Sequence record: SRR22947727_788
Strand: one strand, 5' to 3'
DNA length: 64,000 nt
Below, piece after piece: positions 1-10,032 of this stretch. Both the position numbers and the translations under genes were made by a program. The notes under the pieces were generated by a model. That model had not been told where the DNA came from. It searched no databases and saw nothing but the letters and a program-made list of their open reading frames with translations. Each line of letters starts with the position of its first letter. Position 1 is the first letter of the stretch.

Positions 1-81
1 CGCGAGGGGGGACTTGAACCCCCACGCCCTTGCGGGCACTGGCACCTGAAGCCAGCGCGTCTGCCATTCCGCCACTCGCGC
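1..81 (-). tRNA. tRNA-Leu(CAG), 3' end cut by window edge
   Basis: Reverse complement GCGCGAGTGGCGGAATGGCAGACGCGCTGGC-TTCAGGT-GCCAG...GGTTCAAGTCC...CTCGCG; cloverleaf with long variable arm, anticodon CAG. Confidence 0.95.
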
Positions 82-215
82 AATGATGGTCGCCCATCAA
101 CCTGCCGAGATTACCACAGGACTAGAGCCCCCAAGCGGGCCAGTCCTCGAAGCTTCATCAGCCAACCGGGCTAGCATCACTAAGCACAACAACCCCATTG
201 CCTGGGAGGTGTCCC

Positions 216-935
216 GTGGGTTTTCTCGACAGTTTTGAGCGCTCAGTGGAGCGTCTCGTCGGGGGCGCTTTTGCCAAAGCTTTCTCCGCGGGAGTTCACC
301 CGGTCGAGATTGTCGCAGCACTCAAGAGAGAGATGGACTCTAGGGCAACCACAGCGTCCAGAACACGCACCGCGGCACCTCATCTGTACTCCTGCAACCT
401 CTCTACCGAGGACCATTCGCGACTTGCCCAGCTCGGAGAGCCCTTTGTGGGTGAAATCGCTCAGGCACTCGCCGACTACGCCGTGCTCCGTGGCTATGGC
501 CTCGCTGACCGTGTGAGTGTCACCCTCGCGATCTCCGGGTCGCTCTCGGAAGGGATGGTGGAGGTCTCGAGCACCCCTGTGGGACGGGTGGTCTGGATTC
601 CCACTCTCACCTGGGACTCCGTTCGCTATCCCGTGGTCAAAAAATCGACGGTCATCGGGCGGGGAACAGATACCGACGTTCACGTTGTCGCCAGAGGTGT
701 CTCCCGGCACCACTGTGAAATCCGCTGGGACGGCAAGCGCGCCGAAGCGGTCGATCTGGGCTCCACTAACGGAACAAAACTGGATGGTGAGCGCATCACC
801 AGAGCCGCCCTTCCGGACCGGTGCACCCTGGTGATGGGCCAGGCGCGTATCCTGTTTGAGGTGGTTCCGCAGGCTGAAGCCTCGTATCGTGCCTTCGCAC
901 ACCACACCCCCACCGGCACAGAGGAGACATCGTGA
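216..935 (+). CDS. fhaA: FHA domain protein FhaA (DUF3662 + FHA)
   Basis: N-term GFLDSFERSVERLV, C-term FHA motifs (IGRG..DV..SRHH, DLGSTNGT); GTG start after GGAGG; first gene of the pknB cluster. Confidence 0.9.
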   Translation: MGFLDSFERSVERLVGGAFAKAFSAGVHPVEIVAALKREMDSRATTASRTRTAAPHLYSCNLSTEDHSRLAQLGEPFVGEIAQALADYAVLRGYGLADRVSVTLAISGSLSEGMVEVSSTPVGRVVWIPTLTWDSVRYPVVKKSTVIGRGTDTDVHVVARGVSRHHCEIRWDGKRAEAVDLGSTNGTKLDGERITRAALPDRCTLVMGQARILFEVVPQAEASYRAFAHHTPTGTEETS

Positions 936-1426
936 GTGAACTAACGCTGTTCCTGCTGCAACTCGCCTTTTTGGGGCTCCTGTGGGCTTTTGTTTTCGCG
1001 ATTGTCTACGCGCTTCGCACCGACCTTTTTGGGCCTCCCCGCTATCGACAGGAGGAGGATGACAAACCCACTGCCAAGTCCTCCCCAGACCAGCCACCAA
1101 CGCTGTCTCCTGCTCCCACCACACCCAGTGGCATAGCCCAGGCCTTGGTCGTGACCTCAGGGCCCAAAGAAGGACTGGAGATTGAGTTGCTTCCCGAGGA
1201 GCAATTCACCATCGGCCGCTCGGGTGATTCCAGCCTGGTGATTAGGGACGATGTCACCTCCACGCACCACGCGCGCTTGATGCTCTGGAATGACCAGTGG
1301 ATGATTCAGGACTTGGACTCGACCAATGGAACGTTCGTGGATGGCAATCGAGTGAGCATCCCCACTCCGGTTCCTCTCAACACACCAGTCAGCGTGGGAA
1401 ACACAACGTTTGAGCTCCGAAAGTAA
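932..1426 (+). CDS. fhaB: Membrane-anchored FHA domain protein FhaB/FipA
   Basis: N-terminal TM helix, FHA motifs IGRS..STHHA..DLDSTNGT; synteny. Confidence 0.9.
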   Translation: MSELTLFLLQLAFLGLLWAFVFAIVYALRTDLFGPPRYRQEEDDKPTAKSSPDQPPTLSPAPTTPSGIAQALVVTSGPKEGLEIELLPEEQFTIGRSGDSSLVIRDDVTSTHHARLMLWNDQWMIQDLDSTNGTFVDGNRVSIPTPVPLNTPVSVGNTTFELRK

Positions 1427-1430
1427 TCGG

Positions 1431-2666
1431 ATGACCTCTGACCAAATCCTGAGTGCCGCGTCCTCCCACATTGGGAAGATTCGCGCCAGCAATCAGGATT
1501 CCGGCTCTGTCGGGCGCAACCTGTTTGTCGTGGCGGACGGGATGGGTGGCCACGCCGGTGGAGATGTGGCGAGCGCGCTCGCTGTGCAGCACCTGTTCAC
1601 ACTGGATCGAACCTACGACACCGTTGAGGACGCTCGCGAGGCTCTGTTCCGCGGGGTCCTCGACGCTGGGGCCGACCTGACGAATGCGGTGGTGGAGCAC
1701 CCGGAGCTGACCGGTATGGGAACGACAGTCAGCGCGATGATTCGGGTCAAATCCCAGATGGTCATCGCCCACATCGGTGACTCCCGGATTTATCGACTCC
1801 GCGAAGGCGTGCTGGAGCAGATCACTGCCGATCACACCTTTGTGCAGCGCCTCGTCGACAGTGGTCGCATTACCCCCGAGGAGGCAGCAGTTCACCCCCG
1901 CCGCAGTGTCTTGATGCGGGTGCTGGGTGATGTGGACGCGGAGCCCGAGGTAGACACCCACATCGTCGATACTCTTCCGGGCGACCGATGGCTTCTGTGT
2001 TCCGATGGCCTCAGTGGTTATGTCTCGGAGAGAGACATCGCAGAAACCCTCCTGACCGTCGATGATGTGGAGCTCGCCGCCCACAAACTGATCACCCAAA
2101 GCTTGAGCGAGGGCGCTCCCGACAATGTCACTGTCGTGATTGTTCGAGTTGCCGAGGGCATCGATACCTCGCCCCCCGCGGAGTCTCGCATGGTCGGTGC
2201 AGCTGCAGGTCCGCTCACCTACGAATCAGGCCCCGTCATGCGCAGGCCTGCCCTTCCCGCACTGTTGCTCCACCCGCTGCGCGCACTGCCCCCGGCGGAC
2301 GAGCACTTTGAGCCAGAAGAGGACTACCTCGAGGAGCTGATTCGCGAGGACAGACGTCGACTGATTCGACGTCGCGTGGTGTGGTCACTTTCGGTAGTCA
2401 TCATCATCAGTGCGCTGGTGGGCGCGGCCTTTAGCGCCTACGAATGGACCCAAACCCGATACTTCGTGGGGGAGAGCAACGGTTTCGTCGCCATCTATCA
2501 GGGTGTTCCCGAGGATGTTGGGCCGCTCTCGCTTTCCACCTTGTTTGAAGAGACCGATGTGTCACTTGACTCTCTCCAGGTGTTCGAGCAGGAAAGAATT
2601 GCGGACTCCTTGCCCGCTGAATCGCTCGAGGATGCCCAGGAAATCGTCGATCGGCTGAGGCGGTGA
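1431..2666 (+). CDS. pstP: PP2C-family Ser/Thr phosphatase
   Basis: NQDS, VADGMGGH, HIGDSR, LCSDGL, DNVT motifs; C-terminal TM. Confidence 0.93.
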   Translation: MTSDQILSAASSHIGKIRASNQDSGSVGRNLFVVADGMGGHAGGDVASALAVQHLFTLDRTYDTVEDAREALFRGVLDAGADLTNAVVEHPELTGMGTTVSAMIRVKSQMVIAHIGDSRIYRLREGVLEQITADHTFVQRLVDSGRITPEEAAVHPRRSVLMRVLGDVDAEPEVDTHIVDTLPGDRWLLCSDGLSGYVSERDIAETLLTVDDVELAAHKLITQSLSEGAPDNVTVVIVRVAEGIDTSPPAESRMVGAAAGPLTYESGPVMRRPALPALLLHPLRALPPADEHFEPEEDYLEELIREDRRRLIRRRVVWSLSVVIIISALVGAAFSAYEWTQTRYFVGESNGFVAIYQGVPEDVGPLSLSTLFEETDVSLDSLQVFEQERIADSLPAESLEDAQEIVDRLRR

Positions 2667-2670
2667 CACG

Positions 2671-4068
2671 GTGAGTGAATCCAGCGTTCCCCCTGTTGCA
2701 CCGGTCACGGGTCGCGTCGTGTTGCGGGTCAAAATGCCTCAGAAGCTTCGCAACCTGGAATTAGTGCTGCTGGTTGTTGCCCTGGGATTGAGTGCGCTGG
2801 CTTTGGCCTTGGTCCAGTGGGGAGCACTGGGCACACTGGATTGGAGCCTGCTCACCTACGCTGCGGGGCTTGCTGGCCTCACTCTTGGTTTGCACCTAGT
2901 TCTGCGCATCGTCGCACGGGATGCTGACCCCTTCATTGTCCCCATTGCCACCATGCTCAATGGGCTCGGCATCACCATGATCCACCGACTCGACATCGCT
3001 GCGGGTTCCAGTGGTTGGGAAGCTGCCGGCGTTCGACAAATGGCCTGGACCGCGGTCGCGTTGGTGATCGCCATCATCGTGCTGATTGTGGTGAAGAACT
3101 ACCGCGTGCTGTTGCGCTATCGCTACTTAGCAATGCTCGCTGGAGTGATCCTGTTGACCATGCCCCTCTGGCCTGGAATTGGACGGACTGTCAACGGTGC
3201 AACGCTGTGGGTCGACATTGGGGGGATGAATTTCCAGCCCGGTGAAATCGCCAAGATTGCCCTCGCTATTTTCTTCGCCGGCTACCTCATGACAGCGAGG
3301 GAAAGTCTCCAAAAAGTAGGAAACACCTTTGCGGGGATTCGCTGGCCACGGGTTCGAGACCTGGGACCGCTGCTCATCGTCTGGGTTGTCGCGATGGGTG
3401 TTCTCGTGTTCCAGCGAGACCTCGGCACCTCGTTGCTGTATTTCGGGTTGTTCCTCGCGATGCTCTACATCGCGACCAACAGAATTCTTTGGCTGGGATT
3501 GGGCGGTGGCCTGTTCGTTGTGGGTGCTGCTGGCGCAGCAAGCCAACTGGGATATGTCCAAGGTCGCCTGCAAGGCTGGCTGGACTCCTTCAACCCCGAG
3601 GTCTACAACGCCCAAGGAGGCTCCTACCAACTGGTTCAAGGCCTCTTTGGCTTTGCTGAGGGTGGCTTCATTGGCGAAGGCTTGGGACAGGGTCAACCTG
3701 ATTTCGTGCCACTGGCCAACTCGGACTATATCGTCGCCGCACTCGGTGAAGAACTGGGAATCTTTGGAGTATTCGCTCTCCTCGCGCTGTATTTGTTGCT
3801 CGTCAGTCGTGGCTTCCGGGTGGGCTTCACCGGCACCGACGATTTCGGGCGCCTGTTGTCCTCCGGGCTAGCGTTTGTTCTGGCCCTCCAGGTGTTTGTC
3901 GTCATTGGAGGAATTACTCGCGTGATTCCGGTCACAGGGTTAACCACTCCCTTCCTCGCTGCTGGAGGTTCTTCCTTGGTGGCCAACTGGATCATCGTGG
4001 CCCTGTTGCTGCGCCTCAGTGACGAGGCGCGTGCCTCGGTTCGCCTTGAAGCGGGTGTTCGAGCATGA
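2671..4068 (+). CDS. rodA: SEDS family peptidoglycan polymerase RodA/FtsW
   Basis: Multi-TM, QPGEIAK, QRDLGT, TGLTTPFLAAGGSS motifs; synteny. Confidence 0.93.
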   Translation: MSESSVPPVAPVTGRVVLRVKMPQKLRNLELVLLVVALGLSALALALVQWGALGTLDWSLLTYAAGLAGLTLGLHLVLRIVARDADPFIVPIATMLNGLGITMIHRLDIAAGSSGWEAAGVRQMAWTAVALVIAIIVLIVVKNYRVLLRYRYLAMLAGVILLTMPLWPGIGRTVNGATLWVDIGGMNFQPGEIAKIALAIFFAGYLMTARESLQKVGNTFAGIRWPRVRDLGPLLIVWVVAMGVLVFQRDLGTSLLYFGLFLAMLYIATNRILWLGLGGGLFVVGAAGAASQLGYVQGRLQGWLDSFNPEVYNAQGGSYQLVQGLFGFAEGGFIGEGLGQGQPDFVPLANSDYIVAALGEELGIFGVFALLALYLLLVSRGFRVGFTGTDDFGRLLSSGLAFVLALQVFVVIGGITRVIPVTGLTTPFLAAGGSSLVANWIIVALLLRLSDEARASVRLEAGVRA

Positions 4069-5510
4069 TCGCGCCTCTGCGTCGAGTGGGGATAGCCGTC
4101 ATGGCGCTCTTCGTCACGCTCTTTCTCTCCGCGAGCTACATCCAAGTTGTCGCCAGTGAGGAGATTGCTGACGACGATCGCAATGTCCGCAAGCTCTACG
4201 AAAGCTTCTCCGCGGAGCGAGGCCAGATTCTTGCCGGCGGTATCCCGATTGCGACTTCCATTCCCGTGGATAACCAATTCCGTTACTTGCGCACCTACCC
4301 ATATGCCGACCTCTATGCCCCGGTTGTCGGCTACTACACGCTGAATCAGGGCAATGCGGGAATAGAAAGCGCTCTCAACCCCGTGCTCACCGGGCGGGCT
4401 AGTTCTCAAATCCTCGACCAACTGACCGCTCTGGTCACTGGCTCCACGCCCGAAGGCGCCAGCGTCCAATTGACCCTCGACCCTGAGATTCAACAGATTG
4501 CCTATGACGCCATGGGGGACCGGCGGGGAGCCGTTGTGGTCTTGGACCCCGCCACTGGGCGCGTTCTCGCGATGGTCTCCACACCCTCCTATGACCCGAA
4601 CCTGCTGGCCGCACACTCCACGTCGTCTGTGCTGGGTGCCTACAACGAGCTCTCCGAGGACCCCGATAACCCTCTGGCGAATCGCGCGATCGCGGGAGAC
4701 CAATACTTCCCCGGCTCCGTGTTCAAAGTACTGATGACTGCTGCGGCACTGGAATCTGGCGACTACACCGCAGAGAGTGAATTTCTCAATCCCGCCGAGC
4801 TCCCACTTCCCCTGAGCACAAAGAGCATTAAGAACTCGGGAGGAAGGCTCTGCGGCGGGGAAGAGACAACGACCCTCGAGGAAGCTTTCCGGCTCAGCTG
4901 CAACATCCCCTACGCCGAGTTGGGTCTGGAACTCGGCGAAACAGCCATCGGATCGATGGCTGACGACTTTGGCTTCGGTGCCACGCTCGAGATTCCACTC
5001 CAAGTGACGCCCAGCAACTTCCCTCGAGGTCTCGATGACGCGCAGCTCATGCTGAGCTCTTTTGGTCAGTTCGATGTCAGGGTCACGCCCCTGCAGGTCG
5101 CCATGCTGAGCGCCGGAGTCGCCAACGGTGGGGTTCTGATGAAGCCCAACCTGGTGGACCAGGTCATTGCTCCCAACCTCCGTGTTCTGCAGTCCTATGA
5201 GCCCACGATCTACTCACGACCACTCAGTCCCCAGGTCGCCCAGGAGATGACCCGGATGATGGTCAACAACGTGAGTCAGGGTGTCGCCAGCGCTGCGAGA
5301 ATTCCAGGCATTAGCGTCGCAGGAAAGACAGGAACAGCGGAGACAGGAATCGGTGATGGTCGCTCATTCTGGTTCACCGGCTTTGCTCCTGCAGAAAACC
5401 CTGAGCTTGTCATCGCTGTGGTCATCGAAGGCTCGAGTACCGAGGGGACAGCGAACAGCGTCGCCTCTCCTGTGGCCAAGACGATCATGGAGGCGGTGAT
5501 CAGCCGATGA
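4065..5510 (+). CDS. pbpA: Class B penicillin-binding protein PbpA
   Basis: SxxK (GSVFK), SCN, KTG motifs; follows rodA. Confidence 0.93.
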   Translation: MIAPLRRVGIAVMALFVTLFLSASYIQVVASEEIADDDRNVRKLYESFSAERGQILAGGIPIATSIPVDNQFRYLRTYPYADLYAPVVGYYTLNQGNAGIESALNPVLTGRASSQILDQLTALVTGSTPEGASVQLTLDPEIQQIAYDAMGDRRGAVVVLDPATGRVLAMVSTPSYDPNLLAAHSTSSVLGAYNELSEDPDNPLANRAIAGDQYFPGSVFKVLMTAAALESGDYTAESEFLNPAELPLPLSTKSIKNSGGRLCGGEETTTLEEAFRLSCNIPYAELGLELGETAIGSMADDFGFGATLEIPLQVTPSNFPRGLDDAQLMLSSFGQFDVRVTPLQVAMLSAGVANGGVLMKPNLVDQVIAPNLRVLQSYEPTIYSRPLSPQVAQEMTRMMVNNVSQGVASAARIPGISVAGKTGTAETGIGDGRSFWFTGFAPAENPELVIAVVIEGSSTEGTANSVASPVAKTIMEAVISR

Positions 5511-7204
5511 GACCCACCACTGGCCAAGTATTCGGCTCCCGCTATGAACTGGTCTCCCGCATTGCCATCGGTGGCATGGGTGAGGTCTGGAAGGCCAATG
5601 ACTCCGTCATTGGCCGCACGGTCGCGATCAAGATCCTCAAAGACGAGTACATGGGGGACTCGGGATTCCGGGAGCGCTTCCGGGCTGAAGCCCGGCACGC
5701 AGCGCTGGTGAACCACGAGGGCATCGCCAACGTCTTCGACTACGGCGAAGAAGAGGGCAGCGCCTACCTGGTGATGGAGCTTGTTCCCGGGGAGGCGCTC
5801 AGTAGCATCCTCGAGCGCGAGAAGATCTTGCCCGCAACCCGGGTCCTGAGCATCGTCTCGCAAACGGCCTCGGCTCTCCACGCTGCCCACCAGGCTGGTC
5901 TGGTCCACCGGGATATCAAACCGGGAAACCTGCTCATTACCCCCGATGGAAGTGTGAAAATCACGGACTTTGGTATTGCCCGCCTCGCTGACCAGGTTCC
6001 CCTCACCGCCACAGGCCAGGTCATGGGAACTGTGCAGTACTTGGCGCCGGAACAAGCCGGTGGAAAGCCTGCATCGCCTGCCACCGATGTCTACTCTCTC
6101 GGAATTGTCGCGTACGAGGCTCTCGCGGGTAAACGACCCTTCCGCGGTGAATCGCAGGTCGCCATCGCGATGGCACAGATCAAGGAAACTCCACCGGAAC
6201 TTCCCTCGTCGATTCCCTCGGCAGTCCGCGCTCTCGTGATGTCCTGCATGGCGAAGAAGCCAGAGGGTCGCCCCGCCTCTGCTCATGATCTTGCCCAGGC
6301 CGCCTTGGCGATTGCGCGCGGCGATGATGCGGCTGGGTTGGCCTTGATTCCCGAGCAGGGTAGCTCTAAAGACTCAAGCGAGAAGAAGCAGACCGCCACG
6401 GTCTCCAGCGATACGTCCTCTGTTGATCAACCTCGCAAGCTGGGTCGGAACTTCTGGCTCTTTAGCGGTATTGGCGCTTTTGTGGCCATCGCCCTCATTG
6501 CCACCTCCCTCACTGTTCTCCTGCAGTCACCCCCCTCGGATGTTGTCGAAGATCCGGTAATTCCGGTGCTGCCAGAAATCCCCGACGTGGTCACTCCCTC
6601 AGTTCCCGAAGAGGAGCCTGTCGCCGAGGAAGAACCCGGTGCGGAGATCACCACAGTGGAGATCGCCGCCTCCGAAATTGTCGGAAAGACTCAATCCCAA
6701 GTCCAAGAAGTCCTGAGCCTCAAAGGCCTCCGGCTCGATGCCATTACCGGCAACATTGCTCCCACCCAGGACCTCGTTGCCACCGCGTATCGGGTTAACC
6801 CACAGGGCACGGTCGCTAGCAACACCCTCATTGCGGTGTACTTCTATGCCGCCATCCCCCAACCACCGAAACCCCGCACCATGGTGGTTACTCCCGCCGA
6901 CGGCCCTTGGGCTCCCGGCGATGAGGTCCTCCTCGAGTGGCCCGGCTACGCTCAATGCCCCGCGGGCTTTGACCTCGTCAGCTACACCATTCAAATTGTG
7001 GGCGGTGAGATTCTCGACAATGACGGCGCAACAGTCCTGGAGCCAGAGCAAACGGCTATCAATGTTCGCCTGGGTGAGGGAGAGAACATGACGGTCAGCT
7101 ACCTCGTCAAGTGTGGAACCCTGTCCTCCCCGCTTTCCACCGAGTTGTCCGTGGGAATCACAAGCCCGGAGCCAGAAACCCCCGAGGATCCGCCCGTAGA
7201 CTAA
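5507..7204 (+). CDS. pknA: Ser/Thr protein kinase (PknA position) with TM and extracytoplasmic domain
   Basis: GGMGEVW, HRDIKPGN, DFG, YLAPE; synteny. Confidence 0.88.
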   Translation: MRPTTGQVFGSRYELVSRIAIGGMGEVWKANDSVIGRTVAIKILKDEYMGDSGFRERFRAEARHAALVNHEGIANVFDYGEEEGSAYLVMELVPGEALSSILEREKILPATRVLSIVSQTASALHAAHQAGLVHRDIKPGNLLITPDGSVKITDFGIARLADQVPLTATGQVMGTVQYLAPEQAGGKPASPATDVYSLGIVAYEALAGKRPFRGESQVAIAMAQIKETPPELPSSIPSAVRALVMSCMAKKPEGRPASAHDLAQAALAIARGDDAAGLALIPEQGSSKDSSEKKQTATVSSDTSSVDQPRKLGRNFWLFSGIGAFVAIALIATSLTVLLQSPPSDVVEDPVIPVLPEIPDVVTPSVPEEEPVAEEEPGAEITTVEIAASEIVGKTQSQVQEVLSLKGLRLDAITGNIAPTQDLVATAYRVNPQGTVASNTLIAVYFYAAIPQPPKPRTMVVTPADGPWAPGDEVLLEWPGYAQCPAGFDLVSYTIQIVGGEILDNDGATVLEPEQTAINVRLGEGENMTVSYLVKCGTLSSPLSTELSVGITSPEPETPEDPPVD

Positions 7205-7236
7205 CGTCGGCCCACAACGGCCAGATTGAGGATTGA

Positions 7237-8994
7237 GTGAACACTAACGCTCCAGGACCCTGGACCGGTCGCCTCTTGGGTGGCCGCTACGAGGTGCGCG
7301 AGGTCATCGGTCGCGGTGGCATGGCAGATGTTTATTTGGGCGTCGATGCGCGCCTGGGTCGTCAGGTAGCGCTCAAAATCTTGAAGTCGACCCTGTCCTC
7401 TGACCCCACTTTCCGTAATCGTTTCCGTCTCGAAGCGATGTCGGCATCGAAGATGTCTCACCCCTCCATCGTCCGAGTATTTGACGCTGGCGATGAGGAA
7501 AATGGGCCGGCGGGAGAAACTCCCCCAGGAAGCACCACCCCCTACATCGTGATGGAGCACGTAGAGGGCCACCTGCTGAGCACACTGATGAGGCAGGGCA
7601 AGCTCGAGGAGCGCCACATCCTGAAGGTGGCCGATGGTGTCCTGACTGCGCTTGAGGTTTCCCACCGAGCCGGGATTGTTCACCGCGACATCAAACCCGC
7701 CAACATCATGATTTCCGAGGATGGCACGGTCAAGGTCATGGACTTTGGCATCGCCCGTGCGGTGAGCGACGCAACCGGCAATCTGGAGCAAACCACCTCA
7801 ATCCTCGGCACAGCCCTCTACATCTCTCCCGAGCAAGCCAAAGGTGAGGAACCCGACACCCGCACGGACCTTTACTCACTCGGCGTTGTCATGTATGAGT
7901 TGCTCTCGGGAGCTCCCCCATTCACCTCCGAATCACCAGTCTCCATTGCCTACAAGCACATCAGCGAGGAACCGAAGCCACTGCGGGAAGTGAACCCCAG
8001 CGTCTCAGAGGATGTCGCTCTCATCGTCGAAGCCGCGATGAAGAAAGAGCTGCAGGAGCGCTTCCCCACGGCTCAAGCCTTCCGAGCTGCCATTGAAGAT
8101 GTCGCTCAGGGTCGCCCTCCCAAGCTCCCGACACCAGGAGCAAGGGTTCGGGTAGAACCAGCGGTTACCGGGAGTGTCCCCCAGGCCACCGTCGAGCCTG
8201 AATACCGGACCCCTGTTGAGGGTTTTGAAATTTTTGAATCCCGAGGAATCAAACAACAAAGCGTCCCCACCCTGGCTATCGGCATGGGCTCAGTCCTTGC
8301 GGTGTTGTTCGTCATCGGTGTCGTGTTGTGGGTGTTTACTCTTAACCCGTCGACGACCGCCACCAGCGCTGCGCCCGCAGTCCCTGGCCTGGTCAATCAA
8401 ACTGAGGGTGTCGCCACTCAAACCATCTCAGCGCTCGGACTCACGCCCGACGTCGAGTACGAGGCAAACGGAGAGGTCCCCGAAGGGGTCGTCATCGAAA
8501 CCTTCCCTGAGGAGGGCACTCGGGTTGCTCCGGGAGAGCCGGTCAGGATTATCGTCTCGAGCGGTATCGCTCGCTTTGACCTCCCCGATGTTCGCAACAT
8601 CGACATCGAAGAAGCCAGGGCACTCCTCGAAGAGCGAGGGCTTGTCATCGAATCCGTTGTCGACACCTACTCGCCAAGCCTTGAAGAAGGGCTGGTGATG
8701 GCGACGACACCCCAGCAGGACACCCCTGTCAGGCCAGGAGATTCCGTCACGATCACGGTCTCCAACGGCAAGGTCCTCGTCCCGAACGTCGTCGGACTTA
8801 CGGTCGGTGAAGCAAACCCTTTCCTCACCGGTCCCTCGATGCAGCTCTCTGTTCGACTGGAGATTGCGACTGACTGCATCGGTCAGACCGTGCGAAGCCA
8901 GTCGCTACCGCCGGGTGAGCACCCCCAGCGCTCTGAAATCACCCTGACCTACTGCGGTGCTGTCGCTACCGAGGATCCTGGAGCGACCGGCTAA
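7237..8994 (+). CDS. pknB: PASTA-domain Ser/Thr kinase PknB
   Basis: GRGGMADVY, HRDIKPAN, DFG; TM; PASTA repeats (VPGLVN, LPDVRN, VPNVVG). Confidence 0.93.
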   Translation: MNTNAPGPWTGRLLGGRYEVREVIGRGGMADVYLGVDARLGRQVALKILKSTLSSDPTFRNRFRLEAMSASKMSHPSIVRVFDAGDEENGPAGETPPGSTTPYIVMEHVEGHLLSTLMRQGKLEERHILKVADGVLTALEVSHRAGIVHRDIKPANIMISEDGTVKVMDFGIARAVSDATGNLEQTTSILGTALYISPEQAKGEEPDTRTDLYSLGVVMYELLSGAPPFTSESPVSIAYKHISEEPKPLREVNPSVSEDVALIVEAAMKKELQERFPTAQAFRAAIEDVAQGRPPKLPTPGARVRVEPAVTGSVPQATVEPEYRTPVEGFEIFESRGIKQQSVPTLAIGMGSVLAVLFVIGVVLWVFTLNPSTTATSAAPAVPGLVNQTEGVATQTISALGLTPDVEYEANGEVPEGVVIETFPEEGTRVAPGEPVRIIVSSGIARFDLPDVRNIDIEEARALLEERGLVIESVVDTYSPSLEEGLVMATTPQQDTPVRPGDSVTITVSNGKVLVPNVVGLTVGEANPFLTGPSMQLSVRLEIATDCIGQTVRSQSLPPGEHPQRSEITLTYCGAVATEDPGATG

Positions 8995-9629
8995 ACACCA
9001 GCAACGCGGGGGCTCAAGGAGCGAGCCACCTCCGCCGCGCCGGTGAGACCGGTCACTTCGAGCCAATTACCGATCATCGTGTAACCGCCCTCGGTCATGA
9101 CCGATTCGGGGTGAAACTGCACTCCATACACCGGAGCACTCTGGTGATTCAGGCCCATAATGACGCCGCCGGTGGTGCGCGCGGTGACCACGAGATCTTC
9201 TGGAACCGTCCCGTCCACCACAGCAAGGCTGTGATACCTCGTGGCCTGGAATTGATCGGGAACACCCTCAAAAAGAGTGCTCTCATCGTGGGTCACGGTG
9301 GAGGTCTTTCCGTGCATCAGCTCTTCAGCATGGGCGACAGTCGCTCCAAATGCCTCAGCAATGGCCTGGTGCCCCAAGCAGACACCCAGCAGAGGGATGG
9401 ACTGCGCCACGGCCTCTTTCACGATGGCAATAGAGACACCAGCATCTGCGGGTGTCCCGGGGCCCGGTGAGACCAGAATCCCGTCGTAGCGGGCAATGAG
9501 GGCGGGAACCTCGTCGATAGTCACATCGTCGTTACGAATAACATCGGTCGTTGCGCCCAACTGGTGCACATAACCATTGAGGGTGTAGACGAAGCTGTCG
9601 TAGTTATCGACAACCAAGATGTGGGTCAT
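8991..9629 (-). CDS. trpG: Anthranilate/aminodeoxychorismate synthase glutamine amidotransferase (TrpG/PabA)
   Basis: DNYDSF, SPGPG, GVCLGHQ, RYHSL, QFHPES. Confidence 0.9.
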   Translation of the reverse strand: MTHILVVDNYDSFVYTLNGYVHQLGATTDVIRNDDVTIDEVPALIARYDGILVSPGPGTPADAGVSIAIVKEAVAQSIPLLGVCLGHQAIAEAFGATVAHAEELMHGKTSTVTHDESTLFEGVPDQFQATRYHSLAVVDGTVPEDLVVTARTTGGVIMGLNHQSAPVYGVQFHPESVMTEGGYTMIGNWLEVTGLTGAAEVARSLSPRVAGV

Positions 9630-9733
9630 GGGCTCCGGATTCCTCTAGGCAACGGGCACAGCCTACCAATCGGAACCCGAGGCTATCTGGCCACGAGGTT
9701 GTGCCCGTGGTGACCCCCAGTAGACTGTCCGGC

Positions 9734-9970
9734 ATGGCTAAGCAACCTCGTGATCCCCTTGAGTCCCGCTCTACCTATGAAGAGGGCGATGACAATCCCG
9801 TCTGGTTTAAGCCGATCATGTTTGGTCTCATGTTGTTGGGGCTTGCGTGGATTTTGACCTACTACATCTCCGGAATTGGCTGGCCTGTGCCGGCTATTGG
9901 AGCCTGGAATATCGCCGTCGGTTTTGGAATCATGTTCGTTGGTTTCTTAATGACCACCCGCTGGAAGTAA
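9734..9970 (+). CDS. crgA: Cell division protein CrgA
   Basis: NPVWF..GL.W, WNIAVGFG..GFLMTTRWK; ATG 7 nt after TAGACT (9721-9726). Confidence 0.9.
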   Translation: MAKQPRDPLESRSTYEEGDDNPVWFKPIMFGLMLLGLAWILTYYISGIGWPVPAIGAWNIAVGFGIMFVGFLMTTRWK

Positions 9971-10020
9971 TCAACGCGGCTTTAGTTACACGGGTGTAGT
10001 TCTCCCCACTGGGGAGAAGC

Positions 10021-10029
10021 TGTGGATAA
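10021..10029 (-). promoter_or_regulatory. DnaA box downstream of crgA
   Basis: TGTGGATAA (perfect box on - strand) next to the TTCTCCCCA/TGGGGAGAA inverted pair. Confidence 0.55.
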
Positions 10030-10032
10030 CTT

